Shown one piece after another: positions 21,112-30,364 of a DNA stretch of 64,000 nt (its first letter is position 1; each line of letters starts with the position of its first letter). The translations under genes were made by a program, and so were the position numbers. The notes below the pieces were generated by a model. The model was not told the origin of the DNA. It searched no databases and saw nothing but the letters and a program-made list of their open reading frames with translations. Source of the stretch: a bacterium (GTDB lineage: Bacteria > Hinthialibacterota > Hinthialibacteria > Hinthialibacterales > Hinthialibacteraceae); contig CAXXSM010000091.1 in NCBI GenBank assembly GCA_963663405.2, forward strand, positions 1 through 64,000, in the 5' to 3' direction.

Positions 21112-23085
21112 ATGAGTTTAATAAACCTTCGATTACTCTTCCGATTACTCTTCCTAACTTTATTGATAAGCCGGATAGTGTATGCCGATCCGATTTCCCC
21201 ACCTATTATAACCAAAGAACTGCGTGAACTGATCGGCGCTGCAATAGAGTATAAGCTAGATTGTATCTGTATCGAAGATTCATATATTCAACTCTCCTCT
21301 GATATTGAGTTACCGCCCCTACAAAAAATTCTGCTCAAAAAACCGTTCGATTCGATCGATATCGTGTACAGGCTTTGTGACCTGCTCCGTAAAAATCCAG
21401 ATAATCTCACTTACCTTTTGATGAACAGTTCAATTCTCATCCAACAACCGGTTGGACGATTTAAAAATGATTTCAAAATCAATCGAACCGCGTCATTAGA
21501 ACAATTGAAAGAGTCTTTGTCTCAATCCGGAGTAAACACTGGGATGCAAGACATTGAGACTCTCTTCGGGGAATCTGACGAATTGATTCTTTTCCTCGAT
21601 GGATTCCTGCGCGTCCTCCTAGAGTCCTTCCCAAAACTGCTTGATGCCCGGAGGCGGATTGGGGAAACGGCGGCTCTCGATATCTTGGAATCTCTGGCGC
21701 TTCAAGAGGAAGAGTGGGAAGTGGAACAAACAGAGATCATGAAGAATCTTGTGGATTCATCTCATCTCCGTTCGCTCTCAAGAGCAAGTCTTTCGATCAT
21801 TCATTTTATCACTCTATACATTGAAAAACCAGATTTATTGGAAAACCTTTCCATAATGAAAAATTATTTAATCCATACGAATTTCGGAGATATCGCAATC
21901 ACCGGAAGTGAGGATAACGAACATCATTTCAATAAGCCTCCACTTCTAATTCTCGATTTAGGCGGTGATGACAACTATAAAGGCGCATACGCGCAAGCGG
22001 ATTGTTCAATTCCCCTCTCAATAGTGATCGATTGCAACGGCGCCGACCGATACGAGAGTCATTCAGAAACAATGGGAACGGGATCCGCATTCTGTGGATG
22101 TTCCGCGTTGATCGACCTTGGCGCCGGCTCGGATTGCTACATTGGAGGAAAACGCTGCTTCGGATTTGCCTTCGCAGGAATAAGCGTTATCTACAACGCT
22201 TCTGGAGATACTCAATACAAAGCCGATTCCCTCTGTTTCGGCGCCGCAAATTATGGAATCAGCCTTTCGATCGATCGCGAAGGAAACGATCAGTACGAAA
22301 CCTTTCATTCCTCAATGGGCTTTGGCGGACTGGGCGGAATTGGAGTCATTCTAAACAGCGCAGGCAATGATACATACATCGCTTCCGCCACCCCTCTCGT
22401 CAATCCTTCAGCGCAGCTCCCTGACCAGAATTTTTCAGGAAGTCAGGGATTCGGGATCGGTCTTTGGGGCTCAATGGGGGATGGAATTTCAATTACAGGC
22501 GGATTAGGGATAGCAATCGACAATTCTGGAGACGATACCTATCAAGCCAGTGTGTTTTCACAAGGCGCCGGTTACGCATTCGGAATAGGGATTCTGGCCG
22601 ATTTCGCTGGCTCGGACCAGTACGAAACGTCGTGGTATGGGATGGGATCGGCGGCGCATCAAGCGTGCGGATTTTTAATCGACGCGACAGGCAATGACAC
22701 ATATATCGCCACACATTTCATGACAGGAGGAGCTGGAATCGATCTCTCCCTTGGCTATTTCGCTGATTTAAACGGAAATGATACCTACAAAGCAAAAAAC
22801 TCCTCTTTTGGATTCAGCCTAGACAATGCGTTCGCGCTCTTCTTTGATGAACGGGGCAATGATCACTATCAATTACTCGATCAATTTGGATTTGGTTTTT
22901 CAAAAAACGAACGAGCTTCCACACTGCGGGGATTATGGCCGACGTATTCGTTTTTCATTGACCATTATGGGAACGATCAATATGAAACGACGCGTTGCAA
23001 GAACAATCTCTCCTGGATCTTCAACGATGAAATAAACGTTGAATCTACTCTCTTGAACATTTCTTTTGGGATCGATTTAGAATGA
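21112..23085 (+). CDS. Secreted protein with about 12 D-x-x-G-x-D-x-Y glycine-rich repeats
   Basis: Signal peptide (..IVYA|D). Repeats such as IDREGNDQY, IDNSGDDTY, IDATGNDTY, ADLNGNDTY. Confidence 0.8.
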   Translation: MSLINLRLLFRLLFLTLLISRIVYADPISPPIITKELRELIGAAIEYKLDCICIEDSYIQLSSDIELPPLQKILLKKPFDSIDIVYRLCDLLRKNPDNLTYLLMNSSILIQQPVGRFKNDFKINRTASLEQLKESLSQSGVNTGMQDIETLFGESDELILFLDGFLRVLLESFPKLLDARRRIGETAALDILESLALQEEEWEVEQTEIMKNLVDSSHLRSLSRASLSIIHFITLYIEKPDLLENLSIMKNYLIHTNFGDIAITGSEDNEHHFNKPPLLILDLGGDDNYKGAYAQADCSIPLSIVIDCNGADRYESHSETMGTGSAFCGCSALIDLGAGSDCYIGGKRCFGFAFAGISVIYNASGDTQYKADSLCFGAANYGISLSIDREGNDQYETFHSSMGFGGLGGIGVILNSAGNDTYIASATPLVNPSAQLPDQNFSGSQGFGIGLWGSMGDGISITGGLGIAIDNSGDDTYQASVFSQGAGYAFGIGILADFAGSDQYETSWYGMGSAAHQACGFLIDATGNDTYIATHFMTGGAGIDLSLGYFADLNGNDTYKAKNSSFGFSLDNAFALFFDERGNDHYQLLDQFGFGFSKNERASTLRGLWPTYSFFIDHYGNDQYETTRCKNNLSWIFNDEINVESTLLNISFGIDLE

Positions 23086-23634
23086 AAACATATAAGAAAT
23101 TCGATACAAAGAAACACAAAGAAAAAGAACCAGCAAGAAAACCTGTTTCGGCTTATCCTCATTTGAAATCCACCACATGAGCCCGGCTATTCCCAGCATG
23201 ATGGATTCGATGATAAGAAACCAGGGAATAAATACTTGCTTCACCAAGCCGGAAAATTCCTTCCCTTCAACGATATTTTGTACTACTTCAACACTTGCTT
23301 GCGTCACATTTGGGGCGTCTGGCCATTCATAGGATAAAAATGGATAGAACCAAGGGATAAATCCAATATCACCGAACAAGTGTAAGAGATGTCCAACCGC
23401 CCACCCGATCCCCCATTGTTCCCCTTTCCAAAAATAACAAAGGGACGAAAAAACAACCACGGAAAGAAGAGTGTGAAACCAGCAGCGGCCATAGGGAGCC
23501 AAAGCAATAACGTCGGTCATGACCTTATCGACTATATCGGGAAGAAAAGTGGCCGCGAGAACGGGAAATAATGGAGTGGAAGTAATCCTAGCCCCGGTAA
23601 GACCTAATGCGAGATGTCCTGGAATTGGATACAT
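23077..23634 (-). CDS. Metal-dependent inner-membrane hydrolase (YdjM/LexA-binding type)
   Basis: GH, LPDIVDK, GRCWFHTL and GHLLHLFGD motifs with TM segments. Confidence 0.75.
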   Translation of the reverse strand: MYPIPGHLALGLTGARITSTPLFPVLAATFLPDIVDKVMTDVIALAPYGRCWFHTLLSVVVFSSLCYFWKGEQWGIGWAVGHLLHLFGDIGFIPWFYPFLSYEWPDAPNVTQASVEVVQNIVEGKEFSGLVKQVFIPWFLIIESIMLGIAGLMWWISNEDKPKQVFLLVLFLCVSLYRISYMFSF

Positions 23635-23741
23635 AATTATTTTCTGTCGATAGCCCTCTCGAAATGGCATGATTTCGAGTCATCGAATTTTTTATTTTGA
23701 ATGTTTCCTTCTTGAATTACCTACATTTTTAATAAATGTAC

Positions 23742-23770
23742 TTGACTTTTATTAAAAAACATTGTAAGTT
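23742..23770 (+). promoter_or_regulatory. Candidate sigma70 promoter for the polysaccharide locus
   Basis: TTGACT-17 bp-TAAGTT, preceded by the inverted repeat TACATTT-N5-AAATGTA (23722-23740). The AT-rich context weakens the call. Confidence 0.35.
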
Positions 23771-24476
23771 GCTCTATATATAATACTTTTCACTGTAAAC
23801 TCAAATAAAATCAGTTAGTTATATCACAGTTTATTTTCATAAAACCAAGAAAAAAATTTTCGAAATACAACAAAAAGAAAGAAATATCTTAACTATTAAT
23901 AAAATACAAATTGAACGGTGTAATAATAACAAGATAATCCCTAAACAAGATAAATATCAAGGAATAAGCAATCGAAAAGAATTTTAGTCATAAACATGAG
24001 CGGCGCATATTTTAAGCATAGACAAACTAAAATTCTGAAATGTCTTATTAATGAGGTGATATGAAAATTCTGCAGAGCGAATCACACCTCCATGGTGTAT
24101 ACAGTAATCCAATACACACCTATATATGGGTGTGTATAATTTAGTAATGATCTTGTTATCGTTTCGTCTTTTCTGGATCGGCTTTGTTATTGTTTTTCTG
24201 AATTATAGAAAATCACTGATTTTTTTTAATAATAAGTGGATATACTACATAGGAACTTGAGTAAAAAGGGAAGAAGAATTTCGACAAAGAACTGTCGCGA
24301 TGGGGGCGAAGCCTATTTTAAAACGGTTCATGCTCCCAAGTCATGAATTATGAGAAGTATATTCATATCCCACTTTTCCAAATTTCATGGTATTATGATA
24401 TAAAGAAATAAAAAACGCCGGTTTTATATAACAAGTTCTTTTCGGCGGTCAATCTTTCTAAAAAAGTAAAAAAACT

Positions 24477-25424
24477 ATGTCAGTATTAGTAACTGGATCT
24501 GCTGGATTTATCGCGAGTCAGCTCTCTGAACGGTTAATTGCGCAAGGAGAAACCGTAATCGGTGTGGATTCATTCAATCCGTATTACGATCCGGAGATCA
24601 AAAAAAACAACCTAAGAGGGTTGATAGGACATGATCGATTCCAATTTTTCGAAGATGACTTAGTAACAATCGATCTCCATCCTTTATTAGATGGAGTGGA
24701 CTGCATCTTCCATACAGCGGGACAACCTGGAGTACGTGGCAGTTGGGGTCCGCAATTCGATCTGTATACGCATAATAATATCTTGGCCACCCAGCGTCTT
24801 TTAGAAACGGTGAAAGAGTATGGAAAAGAAATTAAAATTATCTATTCCTCTTCTTCTTCCGTTTATGGGAATACAAAAGAACTGCCAACATCGGAAACCG
24901 CGCTCCCTCGGCCCTATTCTCCTTATGGAACCACAAAGCTCGCCGCGGAGCATTTATGTTTTCTGTATCATGCGAATTACGGAATTCCTATCGTTTCGTT
25001 GCGTTATTTCACCGTATACGGGCCGCGCCAACGTCCTGAAATGGCCTTCCATCTCTTCATCAAAGCGATGCTGCAAGGAACACCGATCACCGTATTAGGA
25101 GACGGATCCCAGACACGCGATTTCACTTATGTGGATGATATTGTCCACGCGAATCTGCTGGCGGCGGAGAAATCCGTAGAAGGAGAGATTTTCAACATTG
25201 GCGGGGGAAGCCGCCGGTCTTTACGCGACGTTCTGCAAACACTGGAGAATGTTACTCAATTGACTCCAATTATAGAATATAAACCGTCCATTAAAGGGGA
25301 CGTCCGGGACACCTCCGCCAATACAGAAAAAGCGCATAGTCTTTTAGAATACGAACCGGCGATTGCTCTCGAAGAAGGTCTCCGACGGCAATTTCTCTGG
25401 GAAAAACCACTCTACGCCGACTAA
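24477..25424 (+). CDS. NAD-dependent epimerase/dehydratase (UDP-glucuronate/UDP-glucose 4-epimerase-like)
   Basis: TGSAGFI, AGQPGVRGSW, SSSSVYG, YGTTK, RYFTVYGPRQRP, TRDFTYVDD. Confidence 0.9.
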   Translation: MSVLVTGSAGFIASQLSERLIAQGETVIGVDSFNPYYDPEIKKNNLRGLIGHDRFQFFEDDLVTIDLHPLLDGVDCIFHTAGQPGVRGSWGPQFDLYTHNNILATQRLLETVKEYGKEIKIIYSSSSSVYGNTKELPTSETALPRPYSPYGTTKLAAEHLCFLYHANYGIPIVSLRYFTVYGPRQRPEMAFHLFIKAMLQGTPITVLGDGSQTRDFTYVDDIVHANLLAAEKSVEGEIFNIGGGSRRSLRDVLQTLENVTQLTPIIEYKPSIKGDVRDTSANTEKAHSLLEYEPAIALEEGLRRQFLWEKPLYAD

Positions 25425-25520
25425 TTTTTTTTCTGACATGATTGAGAATTCAACAAACTAAACCACTCATTTTTTGAATGAATCGATTTTGTATTCCTCA
25501 CTTGAAAAGGAGAAAAAACG

Positions 25521-26963
25521 ATAAAATCGCTTCGTAAAAAAACCGCGTCCGGTTTGAGATGGATTGGCGTGTCTTCACTGCTATCATCCGGTTTACAAAT
25601 ACTCCAAGTTATCATTCTATCTCATTTTCTACTTCCAGAAGATTTCGGTTTATGGGCAATGATATCAGTTGTGATCCGGTTATCTTCGAATTACTCAAGC
25701 ATGGGTTTCAACAGCGCGATTATCCATTATCAAGACATCTCAGATGACCACCTTTCTTCTTTATATTGGTTCAGCATCCTGATCGGATTCTTTTTTTTCG
25801 GACTGCTTAATTTGATGACCCCCTTCGTTGTTTGGTTCTTTCAAGAACCAAGGCTTTCCAGTTTAATGCTAATAATCTCTTTCATTTATGTTATCAATCC
25901 TTTAGGCATCCAATTTAAAACATTGATTCGTAAAAATCTTCTTTTTAAAAAGGCGGCGATTGTAGAAAACACATCAGAATTATTTGGATTTGTAATCTCG
26001 ATTATTTTAGCCTGCTATCGTTATGGCGCATATTCTATTGCCTTTGGATTACTGTCAACTACCATTATAAAAACAGCCATTTTAGTATGGATTGGTTGGA
26101 GAGATTGGTGTCCAAGTTTCCATTTTCGCTTCACCGATCTCCGCCGCTATCTCAGGTTTGGACTTTGTCAAGCGGGCACAGTCAGTGTCACGACATTATT
26201 TGACAATGTCGATTATATCATCATTGGCCGCTACCTCGGCCCAGGCATTCTCGGTTCCTATATGTACGCGTATCGGCTCATTGTATTTCCACTGCTAAAG
26301 GTCGGCCCTATTATTAAAAGTGTTGTGTTTCCAGTCTTCGCCAAAAAGCAAAATGACGATGCGTCACTATGCCGTGGTTATTCGGAGATGATTAAACTGA
26401 TGGCGTTTGTTTTTTTCCCTTTACTGACGGGTCTTGCTGTTACTGCGGATATCCTCATCCCGTTTGTTTCCGGCCCACAATGGAAACCGGCGATCATTAT
26501 AGCCCAAATACTCGTTCCACTGGGGATTCTGAAGGTCCTAACAATCCCATTCAACCCATTAATGCAGGCGAAAGGAAAAGTGGAGATCGCCTTCAAGTTA
26601 AGTGTGGGAATCGCGATTGCGAACACTCTTGTTTTTTTGGCGCTCGTACGCTTTGGAGCCCATGCGATCGCATTCGCATACGTGGGTCTCACTTTGGGAC
26701 AGATCATTTTAATGAGCTGGATTCTTACAAAGACAATCGGCTTTCAATCGAAATCCTATTACCATACGCTGGCGCATCCAGCGCTGTCTACTTGCGTAAT
26801 GGGGCTGATTGTTTATGGATGCGGTTTATGTATTCACTCCCTTACAATCAGCCATGGAGCACTGCTGTTTCTGCTTGTTAGTCTAGGGATCATGATATAC
26901 ACTGCGCTCGAGTTCTATTTCGATCGAAAATTTCTTATCGATCTCAAACAGATTATTTTATGA
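25521..26963 (+). CDS. wzx: Polysaccharide flippase (WzxC-like, MOP family)
   Basis: About 12 TM helices, LLPEDFGL, DYIIIGRYLG..LGSY..AY, FPVFAKKQND. The WzxC-like N-terminus begins at an in-frame ATA (25521) behind AAGGAG. Confidence 0.9.
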   Translation: MKSLRKKTASGLRWIGVSSLLSSGLQILQVIILSHFLLPEDFGLWAMISVVIRLSSNYSSMGFNSAIIHYQDISDDHLSSLYWFSILIGFFFFGLLNLMTPFVVWFFQEPRLSSLMLIISFIYVINPLGIQFKTLIRKNLLFKKAAIVENTSELFGFVISIILACYRYGAYSIAFGLLSTTIIKTAILVWIGWRDWCPSFHFRFTDLRRYLRFGLCQAGTVSVTTLFDNVDYIIIGRYLGPGILGSYMYAYRLIVFPLLKVGPIIKSVVFPVFAKKQNDDASLCRGYSEMIKLMAFVFFPLLTGLAVTADILIPFVSGPQWKPAIIIAQILVPLGILKVLTIPFNPLMQAKGKVEIAFKLSVGIAIANTLVFLALVRFGAHAIAFAYVGLTLGQIILMSWILTKTIGFQSKSYYHTLAHPALSTCVMGLIVYGCGLCIHSLTISHGALLFLLVSLGIMIYTALEFYFDRKFLIDLKQIIL

Positions 26964-26986
26964 AACCGATCCATCCCTACTAAAAA

Positions 26987-27081
26987 TTGAAGGTTACTGG
27001 CAATTCTTCGAAGTTAATCAGCCATACGGCTACCCGGTCATGCAATACAGTACTCAAGAGATCAATTTGCAGATTGGCCTT
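26987..27081 (+). repeat. Dispersed intergenic repeat family B, copy 2
   Basis: CAGCC..CGGCT.C.CGGTC..TACT..AGAGA..AATT.GCAGATTGGCCTT aligns with the 62 kb copy. Confidence 0.7.
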
Positions 27082-27204
27082 ATTTACTACACGCAAATAG
27101 AACAATAGAAAGCGATTTACATCCACAATAAGAGAAGAACAAGGCGGAATGAACCAAGTTGGAATCCGTTCCCCCTTTTGCACGACAACGTAGGAGATGA
27201 TTTG

Positions 27205-28092
27205 ATGATCGATCGTAAAACATTGAAATGGATTAATAAGAAACCATTTTTTTCTCAAGTCGGGAAAATTGGGAAAGCGATCCTTTTCTTCGAGCGGCGA
27301 TTCACATACCGATATCGTTGCCTTCCACATTTTGTTATAATCGGATCAGCGAAATGTGGGACGGGATCATTATATTTTTATATCGCGGAACATCCCAATG
27401 TGATTTACGCACACACAAAGGAAGTTCATTACTTTGACCGAAATTATTCAAAAGGAATCGATTGGTACCGTTCCAATTTTCCTTATTTATCTAAAGTGGC
27501 TCCCGATTCCCCGAAACCGGAGAAACGGATTATCACTGGAGAAGCGACTCCGGCCTATATGTTTGTACCCGATATTCCTCAAAAAATGGCGGAAATCAAT
27601 CCCGGCGCGAAACTTATCATGATTCTTCGAAATCCAGTGACACGCTCGTATTCTCACTACCAAATGAGTGTTCGAAAAAAGCGCCGGGCCATTTCTTTTG
27701 AAGAAACAATCAAACAAGAACTGGAAATATTCCAGAAGACGGCTCCGGATCGTTCGGGCCTTTCTATACCTCCATTTGATCTGAACTCCATCCTTCAACG
27801 CAGCATTTATTATAATCAAATCGAGCGTTGGCTTGAATATTATCCTAAAGAACAAATGCTATTTCTTAAAAGTGAAGATTTCTTCAACAACACTGCCGAA
27901 GTGATGCAAACCGTTTTTGACTATCTGGAACTAACCCCTTTTACGAATAAACAATTTTACGTGGATAATCCCGGAGGTTATAAACCATTAAAAGGGGATA
28001 TATACGAACAATTAACCGATTTTTTCAGGCCCTATAATCAAAAGTTATATGATTTAATAGGCCAGGATTTTGGGTGGGAGACGGAAATATAA
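27205..28092 (+). CDS. PAPS-dependent sulfotransferase (heparan-sulfate sulfotransferase-like fold)
   Basis: 5'-PSB LPHFVIIGSAKCGTGSL, KEVHYFD, GEATPAY, 3'-PB ILRNPVTRSYSHY, FFRPYNQKL..GW. Confidence 0.9.
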   Translation: MIDRKTLKWINKKPFFSQVGKIGKAILFFERRFTYRYRCLPHFVIIGSAKCGTGSLYFYIAEHPNVIYAHTKEVHYFDRNYSKGIDWYRSNFPYLSKVAPDSPKPEKRIITGEATPAYMFVPDIPQKMAEINPGAKLIMILRNPVTRSYSHYQMSVRKKRRAISFEETIKQELEIFQKTAPDRSGLSIPPFDLNSILQRSIYYNQIERWLEYYPKEQMLFLKSEDFFNNTAEVMQTVFDYLELTPFTNKQFYVDNPGGYKPLKGDIYEQLTDFFRPYNQKLYDLIGQDFGWETEI

Positions 28093-28166
28093 AATCTACT
28101 TTCCGCTTACGTCTATACCTAACCTAAACGAGTGTCTTGATTGCCCATTGAAGGATAATTCACACA

Positions 28167-29195
28167 ATGAACCAAAACCATTTCGATAAATCTAAAAATC
28201 AATTCTATTACCTCGTTGGTGGGAAAAAGAAAAAAACATTAACAAACATGGAAGAATGGCATCTTTTTGAAAAAGGGATTATTCTAAAAATCGATATCCA
28301 GACAGGGAAATGCGATACTTGCAAGGAGTATATCACCCCACCCGACGTTTGCGCATATGAGGATAATCCTTCTTATATCTTCAAAACGGCTACCCTCAAA
28401 GACGATCGCCTTTACGTGTGTACTCAAACGGAAATTCTCGTATATCATTTGCCGGACTTCGAACAGGAGAATTATATTACTCTTCCCTGTTTTAACGATC
28501 TCCATCATGTATATCCGACGGTTTCGGGAACACTGCTCGTGGCGGTGACTGGATTGGATATGGCCATCGAAATAGATAAGGAAGGAAACATTCTGCAAGA
28601 ATGGGATGTTTTGGGGAATCCCCCTTGGACGCGGTTTTCGCGTGATACGGATTACCGGAAGATCGTTACGACAAAACCACATCAGTCCCATCCGAACTAT
28701 GTCTTTGAAATTGGTGAGGACTATTGGGTAAGCCGCTTCAAGCAAAAGGACGCGATTTGTTTGACCAACCCATCGAAGAAGACCATTCCCATTGGGATCG
28801 AAAAAATTCATGACGGCATCCTATACAATGACCATGTCTATTTCACAACCGTCAATGGACATGTGGCAGTATACAACTACCCACAAGAGACGATGGAATA
28901 CATATATAACCTGAATGATATTTACAGCCTTTCATGCCCGTTGGGATGGTGCCGGGGCTTACATGTCGTTGACGATCATCTCGTGATTGTTGGCTTCACC
29001 CAGCTCCGTACGACGAAGTTCAGAGAAAATATAAAATGGGTTGCTTACCTAGCGGGATTTGACGCCGAACGTTATCACTTAAAAGCCCTACCCTCTAGAA
29101 TTGCTCTGTTCGATTTGAAGGTCAATCGTATGCTCTGGGAACACACCGTGCAAGACTATGGCATCGACGCGCTATTTTCCATCCATCCCGCGTGA
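28167..29195 (+). CDS. Uncharacterised cytoplasmic beta-propeller protein in the sulfation block
   Basis: 342-aa ORF with NDLHHV, SHPNYV, IHDG and GWCRGL motifs and no signal peptide. Confidence 0.7.
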   Translation: MNQNHFDKSKNQFYYLVGGKKKKTLTNMEEWHLFEKGIILKIDIQTGKCDTCKEYITPPDVCAYEDNPSYIFKTATLKDDRLYVCTQTEILVYHLPDFEQENYITLPCFNDLHHVYPTVSGTLLVAVTGLDMAIEIDKEGNILQEWDVLGNPPWTRFSRDTDYRKIVTTKPHQSHPNYVFEIGEDYWVSRFKQKDAICLTNPSKKTIPIGIEKIHDGILYNDHVYFTTVNGHVAVYNYPQETMEYIYNLNDIYSLSCPLGWCRGLHVVDDHLVIVGFTQLRTTKFRENIKWVAYLAGFDAERYHLKALPSRIALFDLKVNRMLWEHTVQDYGIDALFSIHPA

Positions 29196-29292
29196 TACTG
29201 TTCCTACAAGACATCACCCCTTTCCCAATAAAAACGAAAGTCGCTTAAGATCTGACAACAAATTTATACATCACTGTTTTGAACTAAGGTAA

Positions 29293-30198
29293 TTGAAAAT
29301 GACACCATTTTTTGTGATAGGTAAAAATCGGTCCGGAACCAAATGGCTTTCCAATATCATTGCGAACCATCCCGACATCGCCTGTATTCAACGCCAAGGA
29401 GAATACGGAATTTTGGACGCGGACATTTTTATCCATATGCCTCGAGCGTTCGGTGACTTGGAAATCGATGAAAACTATCTCGGATTTCTCGCCTGTTTTG
29501 CGCAGACTGATTTTTTCTTGTTAACAGGACTCGATCCCAGTGTTTTGTATGAAAAACGATGTGACAATTATTACGATTTCTTCCGGTATATAATGAATCT
29601 GTACGCGCAAAGAAATGGAAAAGCACACTGGTTACAGAAGGCCAATCCCCGATCGATCGACAGCTTGTACGCCCACTTTACAGACGCGAAATTCATCATC
29701 ACTCAACGGGACATGGAAGCGACAATCCGTTCCACAAAAGGCCTGTGTTTAACACCCGAAGGACGACGCGTAAACAAAGATGATGTCAATATCTGGCGCT
29801 TGATCTCCAGTTATGTTTTTGATGATAAAATAGAAAAGCAATACAAAATGAAAGAACGGATTTTAATGGTGCGTTACGAACATCTTCGAGAGCAGAGAGA
29901 ATTGGTAACACGGAAAATCACCGCGTTTCTAGGTCTTGATTTCCATGAGGATATGATGAAAGATAAATTCACCGTCAATACGAGTTTTAAAGACGCAGAA
30001 ACACGAAAAAAAACTCTAACCGGATGGGAGACATTGCTGATCCATACCTTAGGACCCATGTTGCGCCTCATCCCTCTGCGTTTGTACACCCTTATCAAAA
30101 CAATCGATGAACGCCTTTTCGCTCGATTGGAAAAACAGAGGATTAAATTCATGCCCAAGTCCTTTGACTTGGTTAAAGCGGCTCGTGGATGGAAATAA
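29293..30198 (+). CDS. Sulfotransferase (Sulfotransfer_3-type)
   Basis: PFFVIGKNRSGTKWL PAPS loop, WLQKANP, AKFIITQRD, VRYEHL..FLGL. Confidence 0.85.
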   Translation: MKMTPFFVIGKNRSGTKWLSNIIANHPDIACIQRQGEYGILDADIFIHMPRAFGDLEIDENYLGFLACFAQTDFFLLTGLDPSVLYEKRCDNYYDFFRYIMNLYAQRNGKAHWLQKANPRSIDSLYAHFTDAKFIITQRDMEATIRSTKGLCLTPEGRRVNKDDVNIWRLISSYVFDDKIEKQYKMKERILMVRYEHLREQRELVTRKITAFLGLDFHEDMMKDKFTVNTSFKDAETRKKTLTGWETLLIHTLGPMLRLIPLRLYTLIKTIDERLFARLEKQRIKFMPKSFDLVKAARGWK

Positions 30199-30364
30199 GA
30201 ATAGACGTTGTTTGATACCGCATATGAACTGTGATTATCCACGGATCGCGTTCTCGTAATCCGAAGCAAAACGGAATTACGAAAGAGATTTCGGATAATC
30301 ATTATCAAAATGTTGGGATTCCACCATGATTACTACGCCACACGTCCATTGTCAAATCACGGAT

